A stretch of DNA of 64,000 bases. Origin: Thermodesulfobacteriota bacterium (GTDB lineage Bacteria; Desulfobacterota; Desulfobacteria; Desulfobacterales; SURF-7). The notes under the pieces were generated by a model. The model saw only the letters and a list, made by a program, of their open reading frames with translations, was not told the origin of the DNA and made no database searches. This document shows, piece after piece, positions 1 to 10,540 of the stretch. Numbering within the stretch: the first letter of the stretch is position 1; the number at the start of each line of letters is the position of its first letter. The stretch spans positions 27,134 to 91,133 of the forward strand of contig JBMORA010000042.1 in NCBI GenBank assembly GCA_049320885.1, given 5' to 3'. The translations under genes were made by a program, and so were the position numbers.

Positions 1-8
1 CGGCCGAA

Positions 9-572
9 GTGGAGAAGGCGCCGGATCGACTGCCGGAAAACGGTGTGGCCTATCTGCACCTTCCAGTGGTCAGCAGCGATTTCGACACCGTAACCGCCCT
101 GGAAAGGTTGAAAAAAGGGGACACCGGTTGGCTTACCCCGACTTTCATGATCGACGGCTACCGGAAAAACATCGACACATACGCCGGGATATGGGGCACC
201 GTCGTGAACAAGCTGGCCCGGCCCGAAAGTCGTCCGCTCCTGTTTCACTGCACGGCGGGGAAAGACCGCACCGGCGTCTGCGCAGCCCTGATCCTGTCCT
301 TGCTCCGCGTACCGGAAGAAACCATCATCGAAGACCATGCTCTTTCCAACCGGTATTTTGCGGAAACCGTCGTTTCCATCAATCAATACCTTCAGACCCT
401 CGGGATTGATCCCGACATCGTCGCCCCCTACCTCACCGCCCCAAAAGAAGCAATTGTATTTATTCTGGATTATATCCGGAAACAATTCGGCGACGCAGCC
501 GGTTACTTACGGCAAAAAGGAGGGGTCTCACGGGAAGCGATCACCACATTGACGACCGCACTGCTGGTATGA
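9..572 (+). CDS. Tyrosine/lipid phosphatase (PtpB/IphP-like), probably 5'-truncated by the window edge
   Basis: PTP signature HCTAGKDRTG; the frame is open from the window start, so the true start probably lies upstream. Confidence 0.85.
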   Translation: MEKAPDRLPENGVAYLHLPVVSSDFDTVTALERLKKGDTGWLTPTFMIDGYRKNIDTYAGIWGTVVNKLARPESRPLLFHCTAGKDRTGVCAALILSLLRVPEETIIEDHALSNRYFAETVVSINQYLQTLGIDPDIVAPYLTAPKEAIVFILDYIRKQFGDAAGYLRQKGGVSREAITTLTTALLV

Positions 573-723
573 GCCGTTACGGCGCTTGTCCATGGCAAGA
601 GGGGATTGCCACCGGCCGGCCGTCACTTGTCGGAGCACCCATGGAGGAATCGAAACAAGGCTTCCGGAAATGTTTCAGCGGAATCGCCTGGTAAAAACAG
701 GCGGCGGGTACCGCCACCGGTTA

Positions 724-924
724 TCACACAACGGTCACATTAACCGCCGTGGGACCTTTTTTCCCCTGCTCGATTTCAAATTTCACCCGATCGCCTTCCG
801 CCAGGGATTTAAAACCGGTGCCGTTGATGTTGGAATGATGTACAAAGACATCCGGTCCGCCTTCCTGCTCGATGAAACCGTACCCTTTCTTGTCGCTGAA
901 CCATTTTACAATGCCTTCCGCCAT
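724..924 (-). CDS. Cold-shock protein (CspA family), 66 aa
   Basis: [18 protein letters not shown]...DVFVHHS with RNP1/RNP2 motifs; GAGGAG RBS upstream of the ATG at 924. Confidence 0.95.
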   Translation of the reverse strand: MAEGIVKWFSDKKGYGFIEQEGGPDVFVHHSNINGTGFKSLAEGDRVKFEIEQGKKGPTAVNVTVV

Positions 925-1149
925 TGGAAAAATCTCCTCTTCTTCAATTATGGGCTTCCATGCCATCCGGAAGGGCAAATGCCGGCAGCCCGGGCCCGTC
1001 TTTCCCCCCGGATGGATGGGAATATCCTTTTCTTACGGAATTACATTTGTCAAGTCATTTATACCAATGCTATAGGTATTTTTTTTCATTGGAACGCGTC
1101 AACCCGGGACGGCGCCGTCGAACCCGTTGCCGTATTGCATGGATAGCTT

Positions 1150-2907
1150 ATGAATTCAATCAGATCTTACAAACTCATTCAGCCCTTTCTATCGGAAGGC
1201 CGTCATGCCATTATCATCGGCATCGCCTGCCTGCTGATCGTGGACGGGCTGCAGCTTTTCATTCCCCGGGTGGTCAAATGGGCTGTGGATGATGTCACAT
1301 CCCTCACGGCCGACTTTTCGAAGCTAGGACGATATGCCGCCTGGATCGTGGGGACAGCCGTCGTGATAGCCCTGCTTCGCTATGTATGGCGGAGGTGTCT
1401 GATCGGCATGTCGCGGCGCGTGGAGGAAGGTCTGCGCAACCTTCTGTTCCAGCATGTCCAAACCCTTTCGGCATCCTATTTCGATCATACCAGAACCGGC
1501 GACCTGATGGCCCATGCCACAAACGATATCAATCACGTGCGGATGGCGGTGGGCATGGGAATGGTGGCGCTCACCGACGCTGTTTTTCTGGGTGTCGCAG
1601 CCACCGGTTTCATGATGTACATTCATGTGAAGTTGACCTTTTTCGCCCTGCTCCCCATGCCGCTGATCGTTTTCAGCGCGCGCTTTTTCAGCCGCAGGAT
1701 GCACCGCAATTACCAGCGGGTTCAGTCCGCTTTTGCGGAAATGACGGAAACCGTCCGGGAAAAATTCGCCGGGATCCGCATCGTCAAAGCCTATACCCTG
1801 GAAACCGCCTCCGCGGAAAAACTGGCGTCCATATCCGAAAAATACGTCCGCCGGAACCTGTCCCTGGTCCGCATCACCGGTTCCTTCTATCCCCTGATGA
1901 TCCTGTTCACCAACCTGGCCCTGGTCATGGTCATATTTCTGGGGGGACGACAGACCATCCGGGGCGACATCACCACCGGTGATTTCGTCGCCTTCATCAA
2001 CTATCTCCAGCTGATGACCTGGCCCATGATGGCCCTGGGCTGGGTGACCAATCTGGTTCAGCGCGGCGCAGCCTCCCTCGACCGCATAAACCATATCCTG
2101 CAAACCCGTCCGGAAATAGACGATCCTCCGGCGGCTTCGCCCCTGAAGCCGGTTGCGGGGCATCTTTGCTTTGAAAATGTATCCTTCTCTTATGAGGCGG
2201 GAAAACCGCCGGCCCTGACCGGAGTCAATTTCGCCATGGCTGCCGGGGAAACCCTGGGCATCGTGGGACCTCCGGGAAGCGGAAAGACCTCCCTGCTGCG
2301 ATTGATCCCGCGTCTCTACGATGTTTCCAGCGGACGCATCCTCATCGATGGCATCCCCCTCACGGAAGTGTCCCTTCCGGATTTGCGCCGTGGAATCGCT
2401 TTTATTCCCCAGGAACCGTTTCTCTTTTCGGGCACCATCCGGGAAAATATCTGCCTCGCCTGCGCGGATGCCCATCCGGACCGTCTCGACCGGGCTTTGG
2501 AAATCGCTCTTATGAAAGAGATGATCGCATCGTTTCCCGCCGGCCTCGATACCCTCGTGGGGGAAAGGGGCGTCGTGCTTTCCGGTGGACAGAAACAGCG
2601 CATCGCCCTGGCCCGGGCGGTTTTTTATGATGCGCCGGTGCTGGTTCTGGATGACCCCATCAGCCAGGTGGACGCCGCGACAGGCGCGGCCATTATCGAC
2701 AACCTGCGCGGACTCGGCCGGGAGAAAACCATCCTCATCGTCTCCCACCGATTATCGGCCGTTCGTCACGCGGACCGCATCATCGTCATGGAGAACGGCG
2801 CCATTATCGACAGCGGGGATCAGGAACTGTTGATGAGCCGGGAGGGAGGGTATTACGCCGCGACCTATCGTCTGCAACAACTGGAGGAGGCCTTCCATGC
2901 CGCATGA
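1150..2907 (+). CDS. ABC exporter permease/ATP-binding subunit (heterodimer subunit A)
   Basis: N-terminal TM domain, Walker A GPPGSGKT, signature LSGGQKQR, Walker B VLDD (catalytic Glu replaced by Asp). Confidence 0.92.
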   Translation: MNSIRSYKLIQPFLSEGRHAIIIGIACLLIVDGLQLFIPRVVKWAVDDVTSLTADFSKLGRYAAWIVGTAVVIALLRYVWRRCLIGMSRRVEEGLRNLLFQHVQTLSASYFDHTRTGDLMAHATNDINHVRMAVGMGMVALTDAVFLGVAATGFMMYIHVKLTFFALLPMPLIVFSARFFSRRMHRNYQRVQSAFAEMTETVREKFAGIRIVKAYTLETASAEKLASISEKYVRRNLSLVRITGSFYPLMILFTNLALVMVIFLGGRQTIRGDITTGDFVAFINYLQLMTWPMMALGWVTNLVQRGAASLDRINHILQTRPEIDDPPAASPLKPVAGHLCFENVSFSYEAGKPPALTGVNFAMAAGETLGIVGPPGSGKTSLLRLIPRLYDVSSGRILIDGIPLTEVSLPDLRRGIAFIPQEPFLFSGTIRENICLACADAHPDRLDRALEIALMKEMIASFPAGLDTLVGERGVVLSGGQKQRIALARAVFYDAPVLVLDDPISQVDAATGAAIIDNLRGLGREKTILIVSHRLSAVRHADRIIVMENGAIIDSGDQELLMSREGGYYAATYRLQQLEEAFHAA

Positions 2908-4873
2908 GCCCGGCGGATTCGGCGAGGAGCAGCTCGGCGACCGGCAGGACATCCGCCTGCTGGGCAGACTGTTGCCCTATGCGGCAGGGTATAAATTCCA
3001 TTTCCTGGTTTCCGTCCTGCTGGTGGTGCTGATCACCCTGCTGGAACTGTCCGTTCCGTATATCACCAAGCTTGCCATTGACCGCCATATCGTGCCCCGG
3101 ATGGCCGGTCCGGGGCATCCGGAGCGGAACGCTTCCGGTGAAACCATTCGCTCTTATTATGGAAATCTTTCCAACGAGGATGTCGCTGACGTCGCCGACC
3201 GCTACCCTGCCCTGTTCCACAGGGAAGGCGGATTCGCCGTCATCGCCCATGCGGACTTGCCGCGTCTCGCGGCGGATGATGTCGGAAAGCTGCGGCAGGA
3301 CGACCTGAAGGGTGTCACCCGCATGGCGGGTTTGCTGTTGCTCATCGTCTGCGGGAATTTCGGTCTTGTCTTCTGTCAGGCCATGGTCATGGAATACACC
3401 GGCCAGATGATGATGCACCGGTTGCGGGTGGATTTGTTCACCCATATCCAGAAACGCTCCGTGGCCTTTTTCACCCGCAACCCGGTGGGTCGGCTGGTGA
3501 CCCGGGTCACCAGCGACATCCAGAACATGCATGAAATGTTCACTTCCGTCGTTTCCTTCATCTTTCAGGATCTTTTTCTGCTGGCGGGCATTACCGTCAT
3601 CCTGCTGCTCATTCATTTCAAGCTCGCCTGTATCTGCCTGCTGCTCCTGCCCCTGATGCTCCGAACCGCCTACCGGTTCGCGGACGTGGCCAGGGGGGCG
3701 TTCCGCACCCTGCGGGTCAAAATCGCTGAAATCAACACCCGCTTTTCGGAAACCGTCCAGGGCATGCATATTGTTCAGCTTTTCCGTCATGAAACCGAAA
3801 ATTACCGCACTTTCGAAAGCCTGAACCATGAACACTATCTGGCGGGAATGAAACAGGTGCATGTATTCGCCGTTTTCATGCCCCTGATCGAATTGCTGGG
3901 ATCCGTGGCCCTGGCATTGGTCATTTATTTCGGCGGCATCGGCACCATGGAACGCACCATCAGTTTAGGAGATCTGGTGGCCTTCATTTCCTATATGCGC
4001 ATGTTTTTCCGGCCCATCCGGGATATGGCGGAAAAATTCAATATTCTCCAGAACGCCATGTCCTCGGCCGAACGGATCTTCCTGATTCTGGACAACCGCG
4101 ACCAGGAGGAACACCCGGTTATCGGCCATGGCGGCGCGGCCCTCGCCCACCTCAGCGAGCTGTCGTTCGAGGAGGTTCATTTCGCTTACAACCCACGGGA
4201 AACCGTTCTGACGGGTGTGTCCTTCACCATCCGCGCCGGAGAAACCCTGGCCATTGTAGGCCCCACCGGTGCCGGCAAAACCTCGCTGATCAATCTGATC
4301 GTCGGCTTTTACAAACCCGAGTCCGGAAGGATCCTGCTGAACGGCCGTGACATCCGCTCCTATCCCCTGTCCTCCGTCCGGAAACGGATCGCCCTGGTTC
4401 CCCAGGACCCCTTCCTGTTTTCCGGCACGGTAAGGGAAAACCTCTTCGCCGGACAAACCGGATTGACAAGACCGGAAATGGACCGAGTACTTGACGCAGC
4501 CAATTGCCGGGACCTGGTGGAGCGGTTGCCGGATGGAATCGACACGGAACTGTCCGAAAGCGGGGAATCCCTCTCCAGCGGCGAACGCCAGCTCCTGTCC
4601 ATCGCCCGGGCGTTTGCCGCCAACCCCGACCTGATCATCCTGGACGAAGCCACGTCGTATATCGATTCGGCCTCCGAACGGAGAATTCAGCTGGCCCTGG
4701 ACAATCTGTTGACCAACCGGACCGCCATCATCATCGCCCATCGCCTTTCCACGGCCCGGACCGCGAACCGCATCCTGACCCTTCACCATGGGCGGATCAT
4801 CGAATCCGGCACCCATGAGGAACTGATGAAAAGCGGTGGTTTTTATTACAATCTGAACCGAATGGAGCGCTGA
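2897..4873 (+). CDS. ABC exporter permease/ATP-binding subunit (heterodimer subunit B)
   Basis: TM domain, Walker A GPTGAGKT, signature LSSGERQ, Walker B ILDEAT; overlaps the upstream gene by 11 nt. Confidence 0.92.
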   Translation: MPHEPGGFGEEQLGDRQDIRLLGRLLPYAAGYKFHFLVSVLLVVLITLLELSVPYITKLAIDRHIVPRMAGPGHPERNASGETIRSYYGNLSNEDVADVADRYPALFHREGGFAVIAHADLPRLAADDVGKLRQDDLKGVTRMAGLLLLIVCGNFGLVFCQAMVMEYTGQMMMHRLRVDLFTHIQKRSVAFFTRNPVGRLVTRVTSDIQNMHEMFTSVVSFIFQDLFLLAGITVILLLIHFKLACICLLLLPLMLRTAYRFADVARGAFRTLRVKIAEINTRFSETVQGMHIVQLFRHETENYRTFESLNHEHYLAGMKQVHVFAVFMPLIELLGSVALALVIYFGGIGTMERTISLGDLVAFISYMRMFFRPIRDMAEKFNILQNAMSSAERIFLILDNRDQEEHPVIGHGGAALAHLSELSFEEVHFAYNPRETVLTGVSFTIRAGETLAIVGPTGAGKTSLINLIVGFYKPESGRILLNGRDIRSYPLSSVRKRIALVPQDPFLFSGTVRENLFAGQTGLTRPEMDRVLDAANCRDLVERLPDGIDTELSESGESLSSGERQLLSIARAFAANPDLIILDEATSYIDSASERRIQLALDNLLTNRTAIIIAHRLSTARTANRILTLHHGRIIESGTHEELMKSGGFYYNLNRMER

Positions 4874-5018
4874 AACGGGTTATATAATGCTTGCCAAAAT
4901 AATTTCCCCATGATAGGAAGCTAATTTTAATTTAGATTTGGATTTTAACTTATCAGATTTTAAGACAAAATAAACTCGATAGCCCTAACACCAAACCCTA
5001 TGAAGGAGGAGCAAGACT

Positions 5019-6782
5019 ATGCCGTATGATGCGACTAAAATGGCCGACTGGCAGATTTCCGAAGAGGCCGAAAAAAACATGCCGACGCCGGAGCAATGGC
5101 GTGACAAACTGGGTCTGAAATCCGACGAAATGCTGCCCATGGGCCGGCTTTCCAAAATCGACTTCCTCAAGGTCATCAACCGTCTCAAGGGAAAACCGGA
5201 TGGCAAATATATCGAAGTGACCGCCATTACCCCCACCCCCCTGGGAGAAGGTAAGAGCACCACCTCCGTGGGCATCATGGAAGGCCTGGGCAAACGGGGA
5301 AAAAACGTCGGCGGCGCCCTGCGTCAGCCTTCCGGCGGCCCCACCATGAACGTCAAAGGCACGGCGGCAGGCGGCGGCAACGCCCTGCTGATCCCCATGA
5401 CCGAGTTCTCCCTGGGACTTACCGGCGACATCAACGACATCATGAACGCCCACAACCTGGGCATGGTGGCCATGACGTCCCGCATGCAGCATGAGCGCAA
5501 CTACAACGACGAACAGCTGGCCCGCCTCACCGGCATGCGCCGTCTGGACATCGATCCCACCCGGGTGGAATTCGGCTGGATCATCGACTTCTGCGCCCAG
5601 GCTCTGCGCAATATCATCATCGGCCTCGGCGGCCGCACCGACGGCTATACCATGCAGTCCAAATTCGGCATCGCCGTGGGTTCGGAACTGATGGCCATCC
5701 TGGCTGTCGCCACCGACCTCGCCGACCTGAAGGAAAGAATCAACAACATCACCGTGGCCTTTGACAAGAGCGGCAAGCCGGTCACCTGCCGCGACCTGGA
5801 AGTGGGCAACGCCATGGCGGCCTTCATGCGCAACACCATCAACCCCACCCTGATGAGCACCGCCGAATATCAACCCTGCTTCGTGCATGCCGGCCCCTTC
5901 GCCAACATCGCCGTGGGTCAGAGCTCCATCATCGCCGACCGCGTGGGTTTGAAATTGTTTGATTATCATGTCACCGAGTCCGGGTTCGCCGCCGATATCG
6001 GTTTCGAAAAATTCTGGAACGTGAAATGCCGCTTCAGCGGCCTGAAACCCCATGTTTCCATCCTGACCTCCACCATCCGCGCCTTGAAAATGCATGGCGG
6101 CGGACCCAAGGTCGTGGCCGGCAAAGCCCTGCCCGAAGAGTACACCAAGGAAAATATCGGCCTAGTGGAAAAAGGCTGCGCCAACATGGTTCACATGATC
6201 AACATCATCCGCAAGGCCGGCATCAACCCAGTGGTCTGCGTCAACCGTTTCCACACCGATACGGATGCCGAAGTGGCCGCGGTCAAAAAAGCCGCCGAGG
6301 CCGCCGGCGCCCGTTGCGCCGAGTCCAACCACTGGCTCAAGGGCGGCGAAGGCGCCCTGGAACTGGCTGACGCCGTCATCGATGCCTGCAATGAAAAGAA
6401 CGACTTCAAATACCTCTATCCGCTGGAAATGAAACTGCGCGACCGCGTGGAACTCATCGCCAAGGAAGTTTACGGCGCCGACGGTGTGGATTGGTTGCCG
6501 GAAGCCACGGCCAAGGCCGAGATGCTGGAAAAAGATTCCAAATACGCCGATTTCGCCACCATGATGGTCAAGACCCACTTGAGCCTGACCCATGATCCGG
6601 TCCGAAAAGGCGTTCCCAAGGGATGGCGGCTGCCCATCCGTGACATCCTGATTTACTCCGGCGCCAAGTTCCTCTGCCCCTGCGCCGGCACCATCAGCCT
6701 GATGCCCGGCACCAGCTCCAACCCGGCTTTCCGCCGCATCGACGTGGATCCGGTCACCGGCAAGGTAAGCGGCCTGTTCTAA
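5019..6782 (+). CDS. fhs: Formate--tetrahydrofolate ligase
   Basis: [32 protein letters not shown] and [14 protein letters not shown] motifs; AAGGAG RBS; strongly biased codon usage. Confidence 0.97.
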   Translation: MPYDATKMADWQISEEAEKNMPTPEQWRDKLGLKSDEMLPMGRLSKIDFLKVINRLKGKPDGKYIEVTAITPTPLGEGKSTTSVGIMEGLGKRGKNVGGALRQPSGGPTMNVKGTAAGGGNALLIPMTEFSLGLTGDINDIMNAHNLGMVAMTSRMQHERNYNDEQLARLTGMRRLDIDPTRVEFGWIIDFCAQALRNIIIGLGGRTDGYTMQSKFGIAVGSELMAILAVATDLADLKERINNITVAFDKSGKPVTCRDLEVGNAMAAFMRNTINPTLMSTAEYQPCFVHAGPFANIAVGQSSIIADRVGLKLFDYHVTESGFAADIGFEKFWNVKCRFSGLKPHVSILTSTIRALKMHGGGPKVVAGKALPEEYTKENIGLVEKGCANMVHMINIIRKAGINPVVCVNRFHTDTDAEVAAVKKAAEAAGARCAESNHWLKGGEGALELADAVIDACNEKNDFKYLYPLEMKLRDRVELIAKEVYGADGVDWLPEATAKAEMLEKDSKYADFATMMVKTHLSLTHDPVRKGVPKGWRLPIRDILIYSGAKFLCPCAGTISLMPGTSSNPAFRRIDVDPVTGKVSGLF

Positions 6783-6833
6783 CGAATAAGGTTCGCCGAT
6801 CGAATACCGGCGAGCGATATCGTCAGTACCATC

Positions 6834-6866
6834 ACAGCCCGGGAGGTTTCTCCCGGGCTGTTTTTT
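6834..6866 (+). terminator. Intrinsic terminator after fhs
   Basis: ACAGCCCGGGAG-GTTT-CTCCCGGGCTGT stem-loop followed by a T run. Confidence 0.85.
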
Positions 6867-6886
6867 GGGTCGATAAGGAGGAAACC

Positions 6887-7189
6887 ATGTTTCATCATGT
6901 TCACCATGTACATCTTTTTGCATCCGACATCCAAAAAAGCCTGCAATTTTATCAGGATTTTTTCGGCGGTGAGATCGTTCTGGATCTGGAAGTCGCCGAC
7001 GCCCGCAGCGTGTTCATGTGAGTGGGCGACGGCCGGGTTCATTTTTACGATCAATCGCCGAAAACGCCGGGGCCGGGAAGCATCCACCATTTCGGCATTC
7101 AGGCGGATGATATAGGGCGGGATACCACGACTATTTCCCCTGATGCCGCCCCTGACCTTCGTTCCCCCCATCCCCAACGAGAGGTTTGA
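6887..7189 (+). pseudogene. VOC/glyoxalase-family pseudogene (in-frame TGA at 7019-7021, C-terminal part apparently lost)
   Basis: TAAGGAGG RBS; MFHHVHHVHLFASDIQKSLQFYQDFFGGEIV...VFM*VGDGRVHFYDQ...GSIHHFGIQADD; family resemblance ends after DDI. Confidence 0.7.
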
Positions 7190-7214
7190 AGGACACACGC
7201 TTATAAAGGAATCC

Positions 7215-9542
7215 CTATTCGACCAGCCATGGGCTATCCACTCGTATCACGATGGGTTCAGAGGCGACTTCGCGTCCGGCTCCGTCCGTGACATACAAGG
7301 TGACAGAGTAACTACCCGGCGTACTGAAAAGAACATCCCGCGGGTTTACTGATCCCTTTGCTGTTGTTGCACCTCCGCCGAAGTCCCACATATAGCTGAA
7401 CGGAGCCAAACCGCCATCAACTTGTCCCTTGAAAGTCAATTTTCCGCCTGCCGTAATGGTGGTATCGTTGATCGGCGATGTAATAGAAACCTTCGGCGGA
7501 TCAGGAAGCTTTGACAACACCGTGACCACAATGAAACGGCTAGTGTCCATACCTTTATCATCCGTCACCGTGAAAGTTGCCCTATATGTTCCCCCATCTT
7601 TAAACAGGACATTGCCGGCTTCCTCACTGGTTATGCTGGCTGCTGCGCCTTGGAAATCCCATAAATATCGAAAAGGCGGATAAAAGCCAGACCCCGCGCC
7701 TTTGAAATCGACGGGTTGTCCAGCCTCAACGATGACATTACCTTTGGGATAAATAATGGAAGCGGAAAGATTATAAACGACGGTCGGATCATGGGTGTCT
7801 TCATCCGAACCGATTCCAAGCTGCCCGTAAGCATTGGATCCCCAAGTCCAGAGAGTGCCGTCCTTCTTCCGCGCCATTGAATGACGGCCACCACCAGCCA
7901 CAGCATCCCATTGATTATCATTTCCCACTTGCACCGGTGTGTAAAAATTCCGACTCGCCAGTTGCACACCGAGTTGTCCATATTGATTATCTCCCCAGGT
8001 CCAAAGGCTGCCGTCCGTCTTTATTGCGAGAGTATGAAGCCCTCCGGCTGCGATCATGCCCCAGTCGTTTTCCAATCCCACCTGAATGGGAACATTTGAA
8101 CCAGGGACGATCAGACTGCCGAGCTGTCCGGAACCATTGTAACCCCAAGTCCAGATTGTGCCGTTCTTTTTATGCCCTATGGAGTGATAGTAACCTGCAT
8201 CGACAAAATCCCAATCTTCGTCGAATCCGATCTGTATCGGGATCATGCTTTCATTTTCAGAACCGTTTCCAAGTTGTCCATACCGGTTTTCCCCCCAGGC
8301 CCAAAGCGTGCCGTCATTCTTGACCGCAACAACATGGCTCTTGCCAGCTGCGATATAACTCCAGTCTGCATCCGATCCCACCTGCACTGGATGATCGGCC
8401 TTCTTCATGTTGCCGATCCCTAACTGCCCGGAATCGTTGTACCCCCAAGCCCATAGTGTGCCATTTGTTTTCAGTGCGACGGAAAAATGTTCTCCGGTAG
8501 TAATGAAACGCCAATCCGTATCATTTCCAAACCTTACGGGATGATTACAAACCTCGATCGAGGTATCGCCGACTTGGTTATAAAAATTGCGCCCCCAGGC
8601 CCAAAGCGAACCATCAAACTTCATTGCAATACAATGATATTCGCTTACCGCAACAATTTTCCAATTGCTGTCATACCCAACCTGAAATGGAATAATGGAA
8701 TTTTCAAACGTATCATTGCCTATCTGCCCCGACCAGTTATCACCCCACACCCAAAGCGTGCCATCGATTTTTCGGGCCAAGGTGTTCTTGATCCCCGCTG
8801 AAATCGTACCATAGGCTTTAAAAAGGAAATCGGGCTCAGTTATAACTTCAGGGGCTTCATTAACTGTAATCTGTAATTCTTCCGAGTCGGCAGTGGCGCC
8901 TCCCGAATCATAAGCGGTAAAGAGGACAGAATAGGCACCCGGAATGTCAAAACGGATATTACGGGGGTTCAGTTCTGTGACATTATTCGCCCCATCACCA
9001 AAATTCCAGGAATACCGATAAGGAGGAACACCTCCAGAAACCAGTGCCTGGAAACTGATCGATTCCCCGGCGACAATGATCGTGCTCCCTGACGGAGAAA
9101 TGATTGATGCCTCAAGAGGATCCGGCACTTCCGGTAAAGCGACTACCACCACTACGATACTTGATTGGTCTCGAACTCCATCCGCATCGGTTACGGCAAA
9201 CGAAACCGTGTATGTCCCTGCCTCAAAAAAGAAAATATCTCCCGGGTCTTTAACAGCGAGATCTTCCGCATCGTTGTTGAAATCCCAGTCGTATTCAAAA
9301 GGAGCCACTCCACCTGAAATGGAACCTTCAAAATGGACCGACTGACCTTCTACGATGTATACTTGGCTTTTTGCGGGAGAAATAATTTCCGCGGAAAGGG
9401 ATTCGACTCCCGCCGGTCGTTCCTGGGGGGCGCTGCCCGCGCTTCCGGAATCATCCGAATCGTCCGAACAGCCGAAAAACAATGCCGACAATACCAGCAA
9501 AAGGATTACCGTCCTTGATAAAATGGCAGTCTGCGTCGACAT
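7215..9542 (-). CDS. Lipoprotein with PKD-like Ig domains flanking an RCC1-repeat beta-propeller
   Basis: Signal peptide with lipobox-like FFGC; about 7 repeats of H.VA.K.DGTLWAWG.N..GQLG; four PKD-like repeats (Y.WDF.G...GTYTV.F.VTD). Confidence 0.88.
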   Translation of the reverse strand: MSTQTAILSRTVILLLVLSALFFGCSDDSDDSGSAGSAPQERPAGVESLSAEIISPAKSQVYIVEGQSVHFEGSISGGVAPFEYDWDFNNDAEDLAVKDPGDIFFFEAGTYTVSFAVTDADGVRDQSSIVVVVVALPEVPDPLEASIISPSGSTIIVAGESISFQALVSGGVPPYRYSWNFGDGANNVTELNPRNIRFDIPGAYSVLFTAYDSGGATADSEELQITVNEAPEVITEPDFLFKAYGTISAGIKNTLARKIDGTLWVWGDNWSGQIGNDTFENSIIPFQVGYDSNWKIVAVSEYHCIAMKFDGSLWAWGRNFYNQVGDTSIEVCNHPVRFGNDTDWRFITTGEHFSVALKTNGTLWAWGYNDSGQLGIGNMKKADHPVQVGSDADWSYIAAGKSHVVAVKNDGTLWAWGENRYGQLGNGSENESMIPIQIGFDEDWDFVDAGYYHSIGHKKNGTIWTWGYNGSGQLGSLIVPGSNVPIQVGLENDWGMIAAGGLHTLAIKTDGSLWTWGDNQYGQLGVQLASRNFYTPVQVGNDNQWDAVAGGGRHSMARKKDGTLWTWGSNAYGQLGIGSDEDTHDPTVVYNLSASIIYPKGNVIVEAGQPVDFKGAGSGFYPPFRYLWDFQGAAASITSEEAGNVLFKDGGTYRATFTVTDDKGMDTSRFIVVTVLSKLPDPPKVSITSPINDTTITAGGKLTFKGQVDGGLAPFSYMWDFGGGATTAKGSVNPRDVLFSTPGSYSVTLYVTDGAGREVASEPIVIRVDSPWLVE

Positions 9543-9970
9543 ACAATCCCTCCCTTCGACCGTTTGGGTTGCATTTCAGAACACTGTATTTACATGATTT
9601 TATAGAATAATTTTTCTTTATACCAGATACCATCATAAGTCAAAAATAATATCCTATAATGCTGTAATAATTGTAAATAAGCTGACCAGCAAAGAAGCGA
9701 ACCGTGATTTAAGTAAGCATGGACGCAACATGAACCGCAAGCCATTGTTTTCCATCGGGTCCGTCTGAATTGTGATCGGTATTATCGGGCTCCGCGAGAA
9801 AATAAGCCCTTGCAATTCTGCCGAAGTACTTGTTTCCGTGCAGGAATTATTCTTTTGAATTTTTCTCTGATATTCGCTACTATTTTTTCTATCGCTGTCA
9901 GTGGCATCAAAACTCTCTCCTGGTTTTTTTGTTTGACCGCGAAACACCATATGATTGAAAAGGTGGAATC

Positions 9971-10540
9971 ATGCGCTGGAAAAAATGGCTGGTAGCGATA
10001 GTATCCTCCGTCTTATTTTTTCCCGTGAGTTGCGCCACCGGGCTTGTGGTGGGGACCAAGGTCATTGCCAAACTGGATGAACGGGATGCGCGCAAGGGCG
10101 ATCCAGTACACACACGCTTTTCCGTGGTGCTGGAATCATCCGGCGAGAGCGGCCCGCTGCAACTCCTGCGCCTGGAAGACGCGACCCGGCAGGAAAGCGA
10201 CATGAAAGGCAAGTCCTTCCGGATGTCCAGACCGGACGGCAGTCTGGATACCGGCCATTCCCATGTCACCTACCGGGTGCTCGATGATTTCGATACCGGG
10301 CAGTTGGTCGAAGTAGTCGAATCCTACCGGGACGGCGACCTCACCATCTGGAGCCGCTACCGGGCGACCCCGTCGACCGTCACCCCCGAATTTTCGAAAA
10401 TGTTCTATTTCGGCTATATGTTTCAGGCCGGCCCCTATGCTGTTGTCGCGGCCCTGCTGCTGTATCTCATCGGACGATACGCCAAGAGACGTCTCAATCA
10501 GCCCAATGCCAAAACTGTAATAGGAGAAAAGCGCCCATGA
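9971..10540 (+). CDS. Hypothetical membrane protein
   Basis: Hydrophobic N- and C-terminal segments; AGGTGG RBS; ATGA overlap with the next gene. Confidence 0.7.
   Translation: MRWKKWLVAIVSSVLFFPVSCATGLVVGTKVIAKLDERDARKGDPVHTRFSVVLESSGESGPLQLLRLEDATRQESDMKGKSFRMSRPDGSLDTGHSHVTYRVLDDFDTGQLVEVVESYRDGDLTIWSRYRATPSTVTPEFSKMFYFGYMFQAGPYAVVAALLLYLIGRYAKRRLNQPNAKTVIGEKRP

Noticed and set aside
586..1146. 186-aa plus-strand ORF
   Set aside because: Overlaps the clear cold-shock gene on the opposite strand and has no recognisable features.
7019..7021. In-frame TGA in the VOC gene as a possible selenocysteine
   Set aside because: Not in a Cys-type redox motif, easily explained by CGA to TGA, and the gene is also truncated downstream; treated as a pseudogene.
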